NCBI GenBank assembly: GCA_963740755.1
Contig: CAVUFJ010000017.1
Span: forward strand, 45,131-109,130
Origin: Rhodothermales bacterium
Lineage (GTDB): Bacteria > Bacteroidota > Rhodothermia > Rhodothermales > BA12
Direction of reading: 5' to 3'
Length of the DNA: 64,000 nt
Of this stretch, positions 33,769 through 45,200 are shown one piece after another (position 1 is the first letter of the stretch; each line of letters opens with the position of its first letter). The notes under the pieces were generated by a model that made no database searches, was not told the origin of the DNA, and worked only from the letters and a program-made list of their open reading frames with translations. A program made the position numbers and the translations under genes.

Positions 33769-35895
33769 CTACGGCGCCATCGCCTCCAGTTGGGCGAGCA
33801 TGTTCTGCGCGCGCGTGTCGGCCGGGCTGAGGGTGACGACGCGGCGGAAGAGCGCCTTCGCCTCGGCGATGCGGCCCGCCTGCGCGGCGATCACGCCCCG
33901 GTTGGCGAGGGCGGCCACGTTGTTCGGCTCGCGCGCGAGCACCCGTCCGAAGAGCGCCTCGGCAAGGGCGGGCTGCCCGAGGGCGAGGCGGAGCGTGCCG
34001 AGGTTGAGCAGCGCCGGCGTCAGGTCCGGGTCGAGGGCGACGGCGCGGGCGAGCGGCGGCTCGGCGTCTGGATAGCGCTGCTGCTGGAGGAGTAGAAAGC
34101 CAAGGTCGTTCCAGGCGCCGGCGAAGGCCTTCGGGCTCTCGGCGAGGGCGGCGCGGTAGGCCTGCTCGGCCTCGGCGGTGCGTCCGGCCTCGCCCAGCGC
34201 GCCCGCGAGGGCGGTGCGGGCCTCCACAAAGTGCGGTTGCACGGCGAGGGCGGCCTGAAGCGGCGCCAGCGCCTCGCCGGGCCGCCCGAGGCGCCGCAGC
34301 ACGCTGCCCTGCCAGTAGAGCAGGCGCGCGTGCTGCGGATACGCCGCCACGGCGTCGCGCAGCACGGCCGCGGCGGCGTCGAGCGAGTCGGTGAGCATGA
34401 GCGCGCGGGCGAGCGCGAGGCGCGCCTCGGCAAGGTCCGCGCCCCCGGCCAGTCCCCGGCGCGCCTCGGCTTTGACCAGCGGCAGGTAGGCGGGCAGTGT
34501 GTGCTTCGTCTCGTAGAACGTGAAGGTGCCGGCGGCCCGGTCGAGGGCGGCTTCGGCGGGCGCGAGCGTATCGCCGGCGGCGTCCTCAGCGAGTTGGACG
34601 AGGCGGAAGGGCGTCGTGCGCTTCAGGTTCTGGCCCGCCGCTGGACCCTTCGGCGGCAGCCGGCGCCGGATCCAGTGGTCGGTGAACGTGACGTGCGGGA
34701 TGTCGCTCGTGCCGGCCTTCTGGAGGTGGCACGACACGCAGTTGACGCCCGGCAGGTTGTGCGCGGGCACCGCACACGCGGGCGCGGTGGGCTGCGCAGG
34801 CGCCGCCTCCGGACGCGCATCCGGAGCGGGCGGGTGGCCCGTGTTGTGGCACGAGCGGCAGGCGTTGCTGTAGGTCTCCGGCCCCGTCTCGGCCACGCTG
34901 CGGTGCGGGTCGTGGCACGTCGTACACGTCATCGCAGAGGTCTCGAAGCAGGCGCTGCGCGCGAGCCGCTCGGCGTGCGACGAGATGCCGAAGCTCTGTG
35001 GGTCGTTCACCTGCTCGGCGGTCGCAAACACGATCCGGTTGTCCGAAAGCCGCTGCCCCGGCATGAACGTCGCCGGGCTCTGCCCCTCGCGGAAGACCTC
35101 GGTGCCCGAAAGGTGGCACTGCTGGCACACCGACAGTTGCCGCGCGCGGTCGAGGTGCGCCGGGTTGACGATCGTCGGGTCCGGCCCGTCCACCTCCTGC
35201 CCGGCCAGGCGCGCTTCGGCGTGGCGGCTGCCCGGCCCGTGGCAGCGCTCGCACGCGATCCCGAGCGGCACTTCGGTGAAGTGGTTCTGCGTGAACGCCG
35301 AGTACGCCGGCGTGGCCGTGTGGCAGGTCAGACACGCCTGCACGATGGGCCGGTCGAAGCGGTCGTTGGTCTGCGCGTAGCCCGGCGAGAGGTCCCACTT
35401 CCGGCGCTCGACGTACCAGGTGAGCGGCATCTCGGTCAGGTGCCCGCCCACGTCCATCAGGTACGAGCGCGTGGCGTGGCCTGAGCCCACCACGTACGCC
35501 ACCGCCTCCACGCGCTCGTGGACGACCGAACCATCCGCCCCCATCCGCCGCTCGCGCTGAAACAGCGTGTCGCCCCGGACGAACGCGTCGTAGAGGAGGC
35601 CGCGCGTGGCATCGCGCACGGTCGGGCTCGGAAGCTGCTCCACGGCCGAGGCGGGCGTGAACCGGCTCATCGAGCGGCCCATGCCGGTGCGCGCGTACGA
35701 GGCCGCGAGGTCTTCGTGGCACGAGGCGCACACGGCATCGCCCACAAGGTGCGCCGCCGCCGGAGCCACCGGCGTGGGGGCGTCGGCGGGGCGGCAGGCG
35801 CCGAGCCCGCAGAGCAGCACCAGGGCCGCTGCGCGCCCCGCCGCCGCTTTACATGCGTGCGATAGAAAGGTCCGTCCGAGCCGCTGCACCGACAA
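33769..35895 (-). CDS. Multiheme c-type cytochrome fused to C-terminal TPR repeats; probable lipoprotein, start uncertain
   Basis: Seven CxxCH motifs (CASCH, CLTCH, CERCH, CQQCH, CTTCH, CRSCH, CVSCH); FTDHWIR; TPRs; LGAC lipobox. Confidence 0.88.
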   Translation of the reverse strand: MSVQRLGRTFLSHACKAAAGRAAALVLLCGLGACRPADAPTPVAPAAAHLVGDAVCASCHEDLAASYARTGMGRSMSRFTPASAVEQLPSPTVRDATRGLLYDAFVRGDTLFQRERRMGADGSVVHERVEAVAYVVGSGHATRSYLMDVGGHLTEMPLTWYVERRKWDLSPGYAQTNDRFDRPIVQACLTCHTATPAYSAFTQNHFTEVPLGIACERCHGPGSRHAEARLAGQEVDGPDPTIVNPAHLDRARQLSVCQQCHLSGTEVFREGQSPATFMPGQRLSDNRIVFATAEQVNDPQSFGISSHAERLARSACFETSAMTCTTCHDPHRSVAETGPETYSNACRSCHNTGHPPAPDARPEAAPAQPTAPACAVPAHNLPGVNCVSCHLQKAGTSDIPHVTFTDHWIRRRLPPKGPAAGQNLKRTTPFRLVQLAEDAAGDTLAPAEAALDRAAGTFTFYETKHTLPAYLPLVKAEARRGLAGGADLAEARLALARALMLTDSLDAAAAVLRDAVAAYPQHARLLYWQGSVLRRLGRPGEALAPLQAALAVQPHFVEARTALAGALGEAGRTAEAEQAYRAALAESPKAFAGAWNDLGFLLLQQQRYPDAEPPLARAVALDPDLTPALLNLGTLRLALGQPALAEALFGRVLAREPNNVAALANRGVIAAQAGRIAEAKALFRRVVTLSPADTRAQNMLAQLEAMAP

Positions 35896-36006
35896 GATGA
35901 CCTCAGATTAAAGGTGTTCGCCGTCGTGGCGATAGAGAGCGTGGGGACTTCGTCCTCCGTGTGCCCTGTAAGGCCTTAATTTAAGGCCTGCCTCACCCTG
36001 TTGCTG

Positions 36007-39000
36007 ATGCTCACCGGCCCCCTGATTCTGCTCGCCATCGGCGTGCTCGTGCTCGGCATTGCCCTGGGCACGGGGTTCGGGTTCTTCTATTTCCGGTCGA
36101 GCTACTTCGAGCACGAAACGGCGGCCGACGAAGCGAGCGCGCCGCCGATGCTCAACGTGGTGCCGGTGTTCGGGCGCCGGGGCCGCCTGCCGTCGAGCGA
36201 CCAGAACGGCCCCTCGCCGCTCATGCTCGAAGCCGCCGCCGTGTCGACCGAGCTCACCCGCCGCTCCCGCCTCGAAGAAGGCGCCGACGGCTTCGGCGCC
36301 CGCATGGAGGCCCTCGCCACGGCCCTCGAAACGACCGCCAACGAGCAGGCCGCCGTTCGCCGCGCCACCGACGACGCCCGCGCCGCCCTCGAAGCGGAGC
36401 GCAGCGAGGTGGCCCGCCGCCTCCACGACCTCTCCACCGACGACACCGCGCGCACCCACGCCCGCGCCGCCTGGGAAGACGAGCGCGACACCGTCGTGCA
36501 GGAACGCGATGCCCTCCGCCGGGAGCGCGAGATGCTCGTGCAGGAGCGCGACCGCGCCCGCCAGGAACGCGCCGCGTTGGAGATGCAGCGCGCCGCCGAG
36601 CCCGTGCCGCTGCTCCAGGACGTCACCGCTGCCGAGTCGCCCGCCTGGCAGGCGCAGCGGCAGGAGATGGAAGAAGAGCGCGACCGCCTCCGCCGCGAGG
36701 CCGAACTGCTGCGCAACAAGTACGTCAAGGTCCGCGCCGACTTTGAAGCCCTCCGCCGGGGCCGCCCCGACGCTGAGCCCAACCCGGCCGTGCAGGCCGA
36801 ACTAGAGGCCCTGCGCGCCGAGCACGAGACCGCCCGCACCGCCCAGGAAGCCCTCCAGCTCACCCTCGACGAGCGCCAGGCCGACCTCGACACGGCGCAG
36901 ACCGCCCTGGCCGACGCCACCGCCGCGCGCAACACCCTGCTCGTCCATCTCGGCGCGCTCCAGGCGGAGCGGGACGCGCTGCACGCCCAGCAGGAAAGCT
37001 TCCAGGCGCAGCAGGACGCGTTTGCCGCCGAACGCGCGGCCTTCGCCGCCGAACGCGCCCAGCTCCAGGCCGAGCACGCCGAGCAGCTGCGCGCCCACGA
37101 GGAGGCCCTCGAACGCCTCGTCGGCGAGGCCGCGACGGCGCAGGAAGCCTTGCAAGCCGAGCTACAGGCCCTTCAGGCGAACGCCTCCGCCGCCGCTCCC
37201 GCCGACGCCGACACGTCCGACCACCTGCGCGAGGCCCTGGAAGAGATCACGCGCCTGCAACGCACCCTCGGCGAGGCGCGCGAAACGGCGGCGCGCGACG
37301 CGGAAGCGTTCCAACTGGCCTTTGCCACCGCGCGCGGGCAGGCCGAGGCCGAGCACGCCCACACGCTCGACGCGCTCCGCACCGAACGCGATGTTCTCCA
37401 GGCCCGCGCCGAGGCCCTCGAACAGGCGCAGCACGGCGCCGACGCGCAGCTTGCCGAGGCCCGCGCCGCCCTCGAACAGGCGCAGCAGCAGGCCCGCACC
37501 CTCCGCGACACCACCGACGCCGAGCAGGCCCACCACGACGCGCTCCAGGCGCGCCTGCGCGAGGACCTCGACGTGCTCCAGGCAGCCCGGGCCGACCTCG
37601 AAGCCCGCGCCGCCACCCTCGAACGCGAGCGCGACGAGACCCGCGCCGCCCGCGACACGGCCACCGCCGAACTCGGCGGACGCCTCGCCGACCTCGAAGC
37701 CCGCCTCGCTGACCAGCAGCGCACCCTCGACGACGCCCGCGTGGCCCAGGAAGCCGCCCAGTCGCGCGCCGACCGGATGGCCGCCGAGCGCGAGACCCTC
37801 CAGGCCACCATCACGCGCCTGAGCGCCGAAGGGGAGGTCCGCAACGCCGAATACGAGGTCCTCCGCGACCAGTACGCGCGCCTCCAGAGCCGCTTCGACA
37901 CGCTGCGCACCGAAAGCGAGGCCTCCACGTCCGAGTTGGCTGCACTTCGTACCCGCCTCGACGCGCTCGACGCCGACCATGTGGCCCTGATGGCCGAGCG
38001 CGACACGCTCCGCGCCGCCCAGGAGGCCCACGAGGCCGCCCGCGCCGCCGATGCCGCCCAGCTCGAAGCCCACTTCGCGGCCGGGCAGGCCATGTCGCGG
38101 GAGCGCGAGGCGCTGCTGGCCGAACGGGATGCCGCCCTGGCCGATCTCGCCGCCCTTCAGGCCCTGCGGGACGACGACGCGCGCGCCCACGATGCGGCCC
38201 TCCAGGCCGCCGAGGCCGAGCGCGCCACCCTCCAGGCGGCCCACGCCGACGCCCTCGCCGCGCAGCACCAGGCCCACGAGGAGGTTCTCGCCCGCCTTCG
38301 CCAGGAGCGCGACGTCGTCAGGGCGACCCACGAAAACCTTCGCGACGAACTCGACACCGCCGAGTCTGAGCGCGGCAGCCTCCGCGACGAACTCCGCGAC
38401 GCCCTCGCCCGCCTCGACGCCGAGCGGGACGCCCTGCGCGATGTGCGAGAAATGCTCCACCACGAGCAGGTCACCACCCAGCACGACCTCGCCCGCCTCC
38501 AGGCCGACCTCGAAGAGGCAACGGCGCAGCGCGCGCTCGCCCGCAACGAGCGCGACGCGCACCAGAGCGCCCATTCGCTCGCGGTCTCCGAACTCGGCGT
38601 CGCCCACGCCGAACTCGAATCGCTGCGCGGACGCGTCGAAGAGTTGCAGCAGGAGCACGACGCCGCCGAGAAGGCCCGCGCCGAAGCGTTCGCCCAGCGC
38701 GACAGCGCCGCCGAAACCCGCGTGACGCTCGAACAGCGCCTCGGCGCCACGACGGAGGAACTCGACCGCGTGCGCAGCGAGGCGCAGACGCTCCGCGAGC
38801 AGGCCGACGCCGGGCGCCGGCAGGTGGAGTACGCGCAGCAGCACACGCAGCGCGCCCTCGCCGCCGCCGAGACCGAACTGTCCACCCTGCGCGGGCAGAC
38901 GAGCCCGCTACGCCAGGAGCGCGATGAGGCCCGCGCGGCCTTCAGCGCGGCCGCCCACGAACGCGATGCGGTCCGCCAGGAGCGCGACGCCCTCCAGCAC

Positions 39001-39288
39001 GAGCGCGACAACCTGCAGAGCCGCCTCAGCGGCGCCCTCGCTGCCTCCTGGGGCGAAGCGAGCCTCGACGGCGGCGAGGCGCAGCGGCTGGCCGTCATGC
39101 GGGCGCGCCTCGAATCCCTCGAAGCCTCCCTCGACCGCCGCACGCAGGCCCTCGCGCTGCTCGAAACGAGCCTCAAGGCCCGCGAGTCGGCCCTGTCGAT
39201 GCGCGAGACCACACGCCCCGCAGGCGAACCTGCTGCGCCCGCGAGCCCGGCCTTCACGCCCCTCGCGTCGTTCCCCGAACGCCCGTAA
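36007..39288 (+). CDS. Membrane-anchored very long coiled-coil protein
   Basis: N-terminal TM helix, then about 950 aa of A/E/R/Q/L heptad-like sequence; no Walker A motif. Confidence 0.8.
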   Translation: MLTGPLILLAIGVLVLGIALGTGFGFFYFRSSYFEHETAADEASAPPMLNVVPVFGRRGRLPSSDQNGPSPLMLEAAAVSTELTRRSRLEEGADGFGARMEALATALETTANEQAAVRRATDDARAALEAERSEVARRLHDLSTDDTARTHARAAWEDERDTVVQERDALRREREMLVQERDRARQERAALEMQRAAEPVPLLQDVTAAESPAWQAQRQEMEEERDRLRREAELLRNKYVKVRADFEALRRGRPDAEPNPAVQAELEALRAEHETARTAQEALQLTLDERQADLDTAQTALADATAARNTLLVHLGALQAERDALHAQQESFQAQQDAFAAERAAFAAERAQLQAEHAEQLRAHEEALERLVGEAATAQEALQAELQALQANASAAAPADADTSDHLREALEEITRLQRTLGEARETAARDAEAFQLAFATARGQAEAEHAHTLDALRTERDVLQARAEALEQAQHGADAQLAEARAALEQAQQQARTLRDTTDAEQAHHDALQARLREDLDVLQAARADLEARAATLERERDETRAARDTATAELGGRLADLEARLADQQRTLDDARVAQEAAQSRADRMAAERETLQATITRLSAEGEVRNAEYEVLRDQYARLQSRFDTLRTESEASTSELAALRTRLDALDADHVALMAERDTLRAAQEAHEAARAADAAQLEAHFAAGQAMSREREALLAERDAALADLAALQALRDDDARAHDAALQAAEAERATLQAAHADALAAQHQAHEEVLARLRQERDVVRATHENLRDELDTAESERGSLRDELRDALARLDAERDALRDVREMLHHEQVTTQHDLARLQADLEEATAQRALARNERDAHQSAHSLAVSELGVAHAELESLRGRVEELQQEHDAAEKARAEAFAQRDSAAETRVTLEQRLGATTEELDRVRSEAQTLREQADAGRRQVEYAQQHTQRALAAAETELSTLRGQTSPLRQERDEARAAFSAAAHERDAVRQERDALQHERDNLQSRLSGALAASWGEASLDGGEAQRLAVMRARLESLEASLDRRTQALALLETSLKARESALSMRETTRPAGEPAAPASPAFTPLASFPERP

Positions 39289-39462
39289 TACCAACGCCGG
39301 CCGAAGGGTGCGGGAATGCCTGCGGGATCATGGATGATGGATCATGGACAGAAGGCGCCACTGGCCGTCTCTGAGCATGATCATTGATCCGTGATCAACC
39401 CGACATTCGATGATCGGTGGGATCAACCCGCTGATCCCTCACCATGCGCCCGGCGTTGGGAT
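39288..39462. mobile_element. MITE-like element (ATACCAA..CCGG shell) with GATC-heptamer cargo
   Basis: ATACCAACGCCGG ... CCGGCGTTGGGAT; each end overlaps the stop codon of one of the two convergent genes. Confidence 0.7.
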
Positions 39463-40400
39463 CAGGCGAGGGCGAGTTCCGCTTCGACGGCCTCCGGCAC
39501 GCGGCACACCGCCTCGAAGGCCGCCAGGCGCGCGCGGATCTCGGCGCCGGTGAGCGTGAGCAGGCGCGCCGGCCCGAACTGCTCGACGGCAAAGCTCGCC
39601 ATCACGGTGCCGTAGACGATGGCGCGGCGCAGCGTGGCGCCGTTCAGGTCCGGCTGCCCGGCGAGGTAGCCGGCAAAACCGCCCATGAACGTGTCGCCCG
39701 CGCCGGTGGGGTCGTAGACCTCTTCGAGCGGAAACGCCGGGGCGGCAAACACGCCGTCGTCGGTGAAGAGGAGCGCGCCGTGCTCGCCCTTCTTGATGAC
39801 GAGAAAGCGCGGACCCATCGCGCGGATGAGGCGGGCGGCCTTGACGAGGCTCGGCACGCCCGCGAGTTCGCGCGCCTCGGCGTCGTTCACGATCAGGCAG
39901 TCGACGCGGCTGAGCGTTTCGCGGAGGGCCTCCGGCGTCTGCTCGATCCAGTAGTTCATCGTGTCGAGCACCGTCAGGCGCGGGGCGTGGGCCTGCTCCA
40001 GGATCTGCCGCTGGATGCCGGGTTCCAGGTTGCCCAGGCACACGATGGCCGCGTGGCGCGCCGCCTCGGGCACGACGGGGTTGAACGTGGCGAGCACGCC
40101 GAGCCGGGTGTCGAGCGTGTCGCGCGAGTTCATGTCGTAGGCGTAGCGGCCCGCCCACGAGAACGTCTCGCCCTCCGGCTCGACCGTGAGGCCGTCGAGG
40201 TTGACGCCGCCGTCTCGGAGGATGCCCACATACGCCTCCGGGAAGTCGCCGCCGACGGAGGCCACGAGGTGGACGTCGTGGCAGAAAAAACGGGCGGCGA
40301 GCGTGATGAACGTGGCGCTACCGCCGAGCACATTGCGCTGCGCGGCAAACGGGGTTTCGATGTGGTCGAGCGCGACGGTGCCGACAGCGAGGATGCTCAT
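39462..40400 (-). CDS. PfkB family carbohydrate/nucleoside kinase
   Basis: GTVALD, LGGSATF, VNDAEAR, KKGEHGA, DPTGAGDTFMGG. Confidence 0.93.
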   Translation of the reverse strand: MSILAVGTVALDHIETPFAAQRNVLGGSATFITLAARFFCHDVHLVASVGGDFPEAYVGILRDGGVNLDGLTVEPEGETFSWAGRYAYDMNSRDTLDTRLGVLATFNPVVPEAARHAAIVCLGNLEPGIQRQILEQAHAPRLTVLDTMNYWIEQTPEALRETLSRVDCLIVNDAEARELAGVPSLVKAARLIRAMGPRFLVIKKGEHGALLFTDDGVFAAPAFPLEEVYDPTGAGDTFMGGFAGYLAGQPDLNGATLRRAIVYGTVMASFAVEQFGPARLLTLTGAEIRARLAAFEAVCRVPEAVEAELALA

Positions 40401-40562
40401 AGCGAAAAGGGACAGGGCAGAAGGCGCGCATTCCCCAAACAGCACGGCCGGGTGCGCAAAGGATGCACACCCGGCCGGTGGGTTGCCGCGTAAAGTACAC
40501 ACGCGGGCGGCGGTCGCGCCCCGGAGGACGCAGGTTCACCGGCGCTTAAAGGCAGCGCCTGC

Positions 40563-41559
40563 TCAGCGCCAGCGGCGCGCGAGGTCGGTCACCTTTTGCG
40601 CCACCATCGTGGCGATGGCCGCCTGCGCCGCCTCCAGGGCCGAGCCGGCCATGTCCACGCGCTTGCCGGCGGCCTTGCGCGCCTGCTTGGAGCGCTTGAG
40701 GGCCGCCTTGCGGGCCGCGCGCGTCGATCCGGCCAGCGTGTCGCCCCAGTCGGAGGCCTTGTCGGCAGCGAGGCCGCCCAGGTCGGACGCCGCGTCGGCG
40801 GCACGTTCCTTCCAGTCGGCCGCGCGTTCGAGCGCGTCTTCCCCCCACTCGGAGGCGTTGTCGAGGGCGCCTTCGCTCCAGCGGCGGGCCTTCTTGGACG
40901 CCGTGACGGCGCCCGTGGCAAGCGCCGCGCCGGTGGCAGCGGCGTGGCCGGCGAGCACGTCGGTGATGCCGGAGGAGTAGCTCCGCGCCTCGCGCAGGGC
41001 CTTCTTCGCGCGCTTCTTGAGCGTCGGCGGCTCCGGCTTGAAGGCCGCGCCGAGCGTCTTGCCGAGCAGCAGCCCGGCCCCGACGGCGAGGGCAGTGGCG
41101 AGCGCCGGGTTCTCTTCGACCCAGCCGCGCGCCTGCTGGCCCATGCGCTGCGTGTCCACGCGGCCCGCCTCGCTCTTGAGGCGCGCAATGGCGTCCGAGA
41201 GTTCGCGCCGGGCCCGCTCGAACGTGTCGTTGATGGCCGACGACGCTTCCGACGCAGCCACTGGTGCCATCGCTGGAGGTGTTCGCGCCCATGTTGGACG
41301 TAGGCGCGGTGCCGCCCTCGGCGGGCGACCAATCCTTGTCCTTGGTGGTGGTCGAGGAGCCCAGAGGCGGGGCGGCCTGATCGCCCGAATTTCCGGTCGG
41401 CGGGGCCGTCTCGCCCTGCGTGGCGGGCGACCAGTCGGCGTCGGGGTTGTCCGGCGTGCTCTCGGCGGAGGAGACGGTCTTCGAGGCCGAAGCCGGCTTG
41501 ACGGTCGTGGCGTCGGAAACGCCGGCGGCGCGGGGTTTGGAGGTCTTGTCGGGTTCCAT
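40563..41559 (-). CDS. Hypothetical protein with a disordered N-terminus and a DUF883/YqjD-like segment; frameshift near 41255
   Basis: S/T/P/D-rich start; ARGWVEENPALATALAVGAGLLLG; repeated ASEWG/ASDLG/ASDWG. Confidence 0.6.
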
Positions 41560-41574
41560 AGTGCGGAAGGAGGT

Positions 41575-41763
41575 TTAACGGCGAATCCAGACACCCAGCC
41601 CGACGCCCAGCCCGAAGGCGAGGGCCATCGCGGCCACCTGGTTGCGCTGCACGGCGTCCCAGAACGCTTCGGCAGGCGACACGGGCGGGATCACGGGGGG
41701 ACGGGGCGGGCTGACCGGCACAGGGCGCGGCGGCACCGGCGGAGGCGTAAGGCGAGGTTCCAT
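41575..41763 (-). CDS. Small tail-anchored protein, YqjD/ElaB-like C-terminus
   Basis: VQRNQVAAMALAFGLGVGLGVWIRR. Confidence 0.55.
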   Translation of the reverse strand: MEPRLTPPPVPPRPVPVSPPRPPVIPPVSPAEAFWDAVQRNQVAAMALAFGLGVGLGVWIRR

Positions 41764-41767
41764 CGGG

Positions 41768-42004
41768 TCAGCGCAGGCCGAAGAGCACGCCCACGGCGAG
41801 GCCCGCCACGAAGGCGCCCCCGAGCGTCGGCGCCGGGCGCTCGCGGACGTACTGCCGGCTCTCGTCGGTGAGGCGCGAGGCCTGGTCGGCGATGGAGTGT
41901 GTGAGGTCCGTCAGGCGCCCGAGCGTGTCGGTGCTGAGGTCGGTGAGGCGCGTCCGGAAGTCGGCCGTGGCATCGGCAGGCGGGGTGGCGCGGGAGGGTT
42001 CCAT
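41768..42004 (-). CDS. DUF883/ElaB/YqjD-like protein
   Basis: YVRERPAPTLGGAFVAGLAVGVLFGLR. Confidence 0.7.
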   Translation of the reverse strand: MEPSRATPPADATADFRTRLTDLSTDTLGRLTDLTHSIADQASRLTDESRQYVRERPAPTLGGAFVAGLAVGVLFGLR

Positions 42005-42252
42005 CGGACAGGGGTGCAAAAAGGAGCGGAAGACGCGGGCAATGCGCGCGGCGGGCGGCCCGTTGCAGGGGCAGACAGGCCGGGCCGCACGACCGGGCGC
42101 CGTAGTTTGAAGCTACCCGTGCGATGCGAAAAGGGTCGGTCTGCCGTGCCCCCGGCCCCGCATTTTCCAGCATCGTAGCCACCCCCGTTGCCGACCGGCG
42201 GCGCGCCCGCTGCGCTGCGCTCCTCCGGGCCGCCCCGCTTTTGCCGCTCGCC

Positions 42253-45200
42253 GTGCGCCTCACGCCCCTCTCCCTTCCGCGCTCCGTCCCCCGCCGCCGC
42301 TGGCACGCCGGGGCCGTGCTCCTGCCCGCCCTCCTGCTGGTGCTGCCGTTCGCGACGCGCGCGCAGGCGCAGGCGTCTGACCCGCCGGGCGCGCTGACGG
42401 CCTTTCGCACGGCCTTCCGCGCCTACGGCGAACGGCAGTACGAACGGGCCGCCGAGGCCTTTGCGGGGTTCGCCGCGCAGTACGACGACCGGCCCGAGGC
42501 CGCCGATGCGCGCTTCTACGAGGCCCAGAGCGTGCTCGCGCAGGGCCGGGGCGACCGCGCCGCCGTGCTCTTCGAGGCGTTCACGCGCCGCTATCCCACC
42601 CATCCGTTCGCGCCCGTGGCCCGGCTCGGCGTGGGGCGCTACTTTTTCGAGCGGGGCGATTACGTGGCCGCGCGCACGGCCTTCACGCGCGTCGGGGAGG
42701 ATGCGGCGTCGCCGGACGAGGCCGCGTCGGTGGCGCTGCTGTGGGCGGCGGAAGCGGCGCTGCGCCAGGGCGACGATCCGGGCGCGCTCGCGCTCTACCG
42801 GCAAGACTACGAAGCGCGTCCGGAGGCGCCGTATGCGCCCTTGCGCGCTACGCCGAGGCGTTCCACCTCATCCGGCTGGGCCGGCAGGCCGAGGCCGCGC
42901 AGGCGCTCGAAGCCCTCGACGCGCGCTACCCGGGCTCCGGCTTCACCGCCGACCTCGGGCTCGCGCTCACCGAGGTCTACCACGCGCTCGGCCAGTACCG
43001 CCCGCTCGTGGAGGCCACCGTGCCCCGCCTCGCCACGCTCTCCCCCGCCGGCCGCGAGCGCGCCACCTACCTCCTCGCCGACGCCTACCTGCACCTCGGG
43101 CAGGGCGCCGACGCCGAGCGCCGCTTCCGCACCGTCCTCACCGACTTCACCGCCGGGCCCTACTACCGCCCCGCCCTCTACGGCCTCGGCCACGCCCAGC
43201 TCGCCCAGGGCCAGTCCGCCGCCGCCGCCCGCTCGTTCGGCCTCGCCCGCGAGACCCGCGTCCGACACGCTCGCCGCCGACACGCTCGCGCGCCGCGCCG
43301 CCTACGCCGAGGGCATCGCCCAGCTGCAGGCCAGCCGTCCGGACAGCGCCCTCGCCGCCTTTGCCCGCACGCTACGGCCTGTGGCCCGGCACGCCCGAGG
43401 CCGCCAGCGCCCTCTTCGAAGCCGGGATGCTCCACTACGCGCGCGCCCGCTATACCGACGCCGCGCCCCTACTCGAACGCTTTGCCGACGCCGCCCCGCG
43501 CGATCCGCGCGCCGGCGAGGCCCTCGAACTGGCCGCCAACGCCCGCGTGGGGGCGGGCGATGTGGCCGGGGCCGAACGGCTCTTCGAGCGGGCCGCGCAG
43601 CGCAGCGAGGCCAGCCCCGAGGCGCGCGATGCGCTCTCGTTCCAGCGGGCCACCTTCCTCTACGGCGCCGGCTCGTTTGCGCCGGCCTACGACCGCTTCC
43701 GCACGCTCGCCGAGACCGGACGCCCCGCCGACCTGCGCAGCGACGCCCTCTTCTGGGCCGCCGAGAGCGCCTTCAGCGCCCGCCGCTACACCGACGCCCT
43801 CACCCTGGCGCAGCGCTACCTCGACCGCTACGCGGCGGGCCGCTTTGCCGATGCCGCGCGCTACGTGAAGGCGTGGGCGCTCCTGCGCGCGGGCCAGCTC
43901 GACACTGCCGCGACGGCCTTCGAAACGTTTATCGACGACAGCCGCCTCGAAGGCGCCGCGCGGCGCTACCGCGACGACGCCTACCTCCGCCTCGGCGACC
44001 TCTACCTCGCCCGCCGCCGCTTTCTCGAAGCCGCCAACGCCTACGCCCGCGTCACCACCGACGGGCGCGACTACAGCCTCTTCGGCATCGGGCAGGCCTA
44101 CGACGCCGCCGGGCAGGACGACCGCGCCGCCCGCTCGTGGGAGCGGCTGCTGCGCGAGTTTCCCACCTCCGACTGGCGCGAGGAGGCCCAGTACTCGCTC
44201 GGCTACCTCGCCTTCAAGGCCGACCGCTTCGACGAGGCCATCCAGCAGTACAGCCGCCTCGTGGAGCGCTACCCGCAGGACCCGCTCGCGGCCAAGGCGC
44301 AGTACGGCATCGGCGACGCGCACTTCAACGCGGGCCGCCCGCAGCAGGCCGCCGACGCCTACGCCCGCGTGCTCGAACGCTACCCATCGTCGCCCTTTGC
44401 CGCCGAGGCCGCCGCGAACCTCGAATCGCTTCTCCCCGACACCGACGGGCGCGCCCGCGCCGTGCTCGACCGCTTCACGCAGAGTGCCTCGCCCGAGGTG
44501 GCCGAAGAGCTGCGCTACCGGCAGGCCGAGGCCGCCTTTGCCCGGGGCGACCTCGGCGCCGCCCGCCTCGCGCTCGCCCCGCTTGCGCAGAGCGCCCGCA
44601 ACGCCACACTCCGCCTCGACGCCCAGTTTCTGCTCGCCGACGTGGCCGTGGCGGAAGGCCGCACCGACGAGGCCGCCGACGCTTATCGCCGTGTGACGAA
44701 CGCCGAGGGCTACGCGCGCCGCGCCGAAGCCGCCCGCCGCCTTGGCGACGTGCTGCTGGGGGGCAACAACGCCCGCACTGCCCTCGACGCCTACCGGCGC
44801 GCCGAAACGCTCGCCGAGGGCGACGAGCGGATTGTGACCGCCGCCCGGCTCGGGCAGGCCCGCGCGCTCGTCGTGCTGAACCAGCCTGCCGAAGCCGAGG
44901 CGCTCGTCGCCCCCCTCGCCGCCACCGATGCCGCCGCCGCGCTCACGCTTGGGCGCATCCAGGAGGCGACCGGACGGGCCTCCGAGGCGGCGGCCACCTA
45001 CCGCCGCGCATCCGCCGACGACGGCCTCACGGGCGCCGAGGCCACCTACCGGCTCGGGGCGCTGCTGCTCGGACAGCGCGACGCTGCCGGCGCGCTCGCC
45101 GCCGTGCAGGGCGCCGAAACGCGCTTCGACGGCTTCGACAGCTGGCTGTCGCAGGCGCTGCTCGTGCGCGCGCGGGCCCTCCGCGCCCTCAACCGCGCCG

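Noticed and set aside
36007-39288. SMC/SbcC or phage tape-measure protein
   Set aside because: No Walker A/B or hinge motif, an N-terminal TM anchor, and no phage context.
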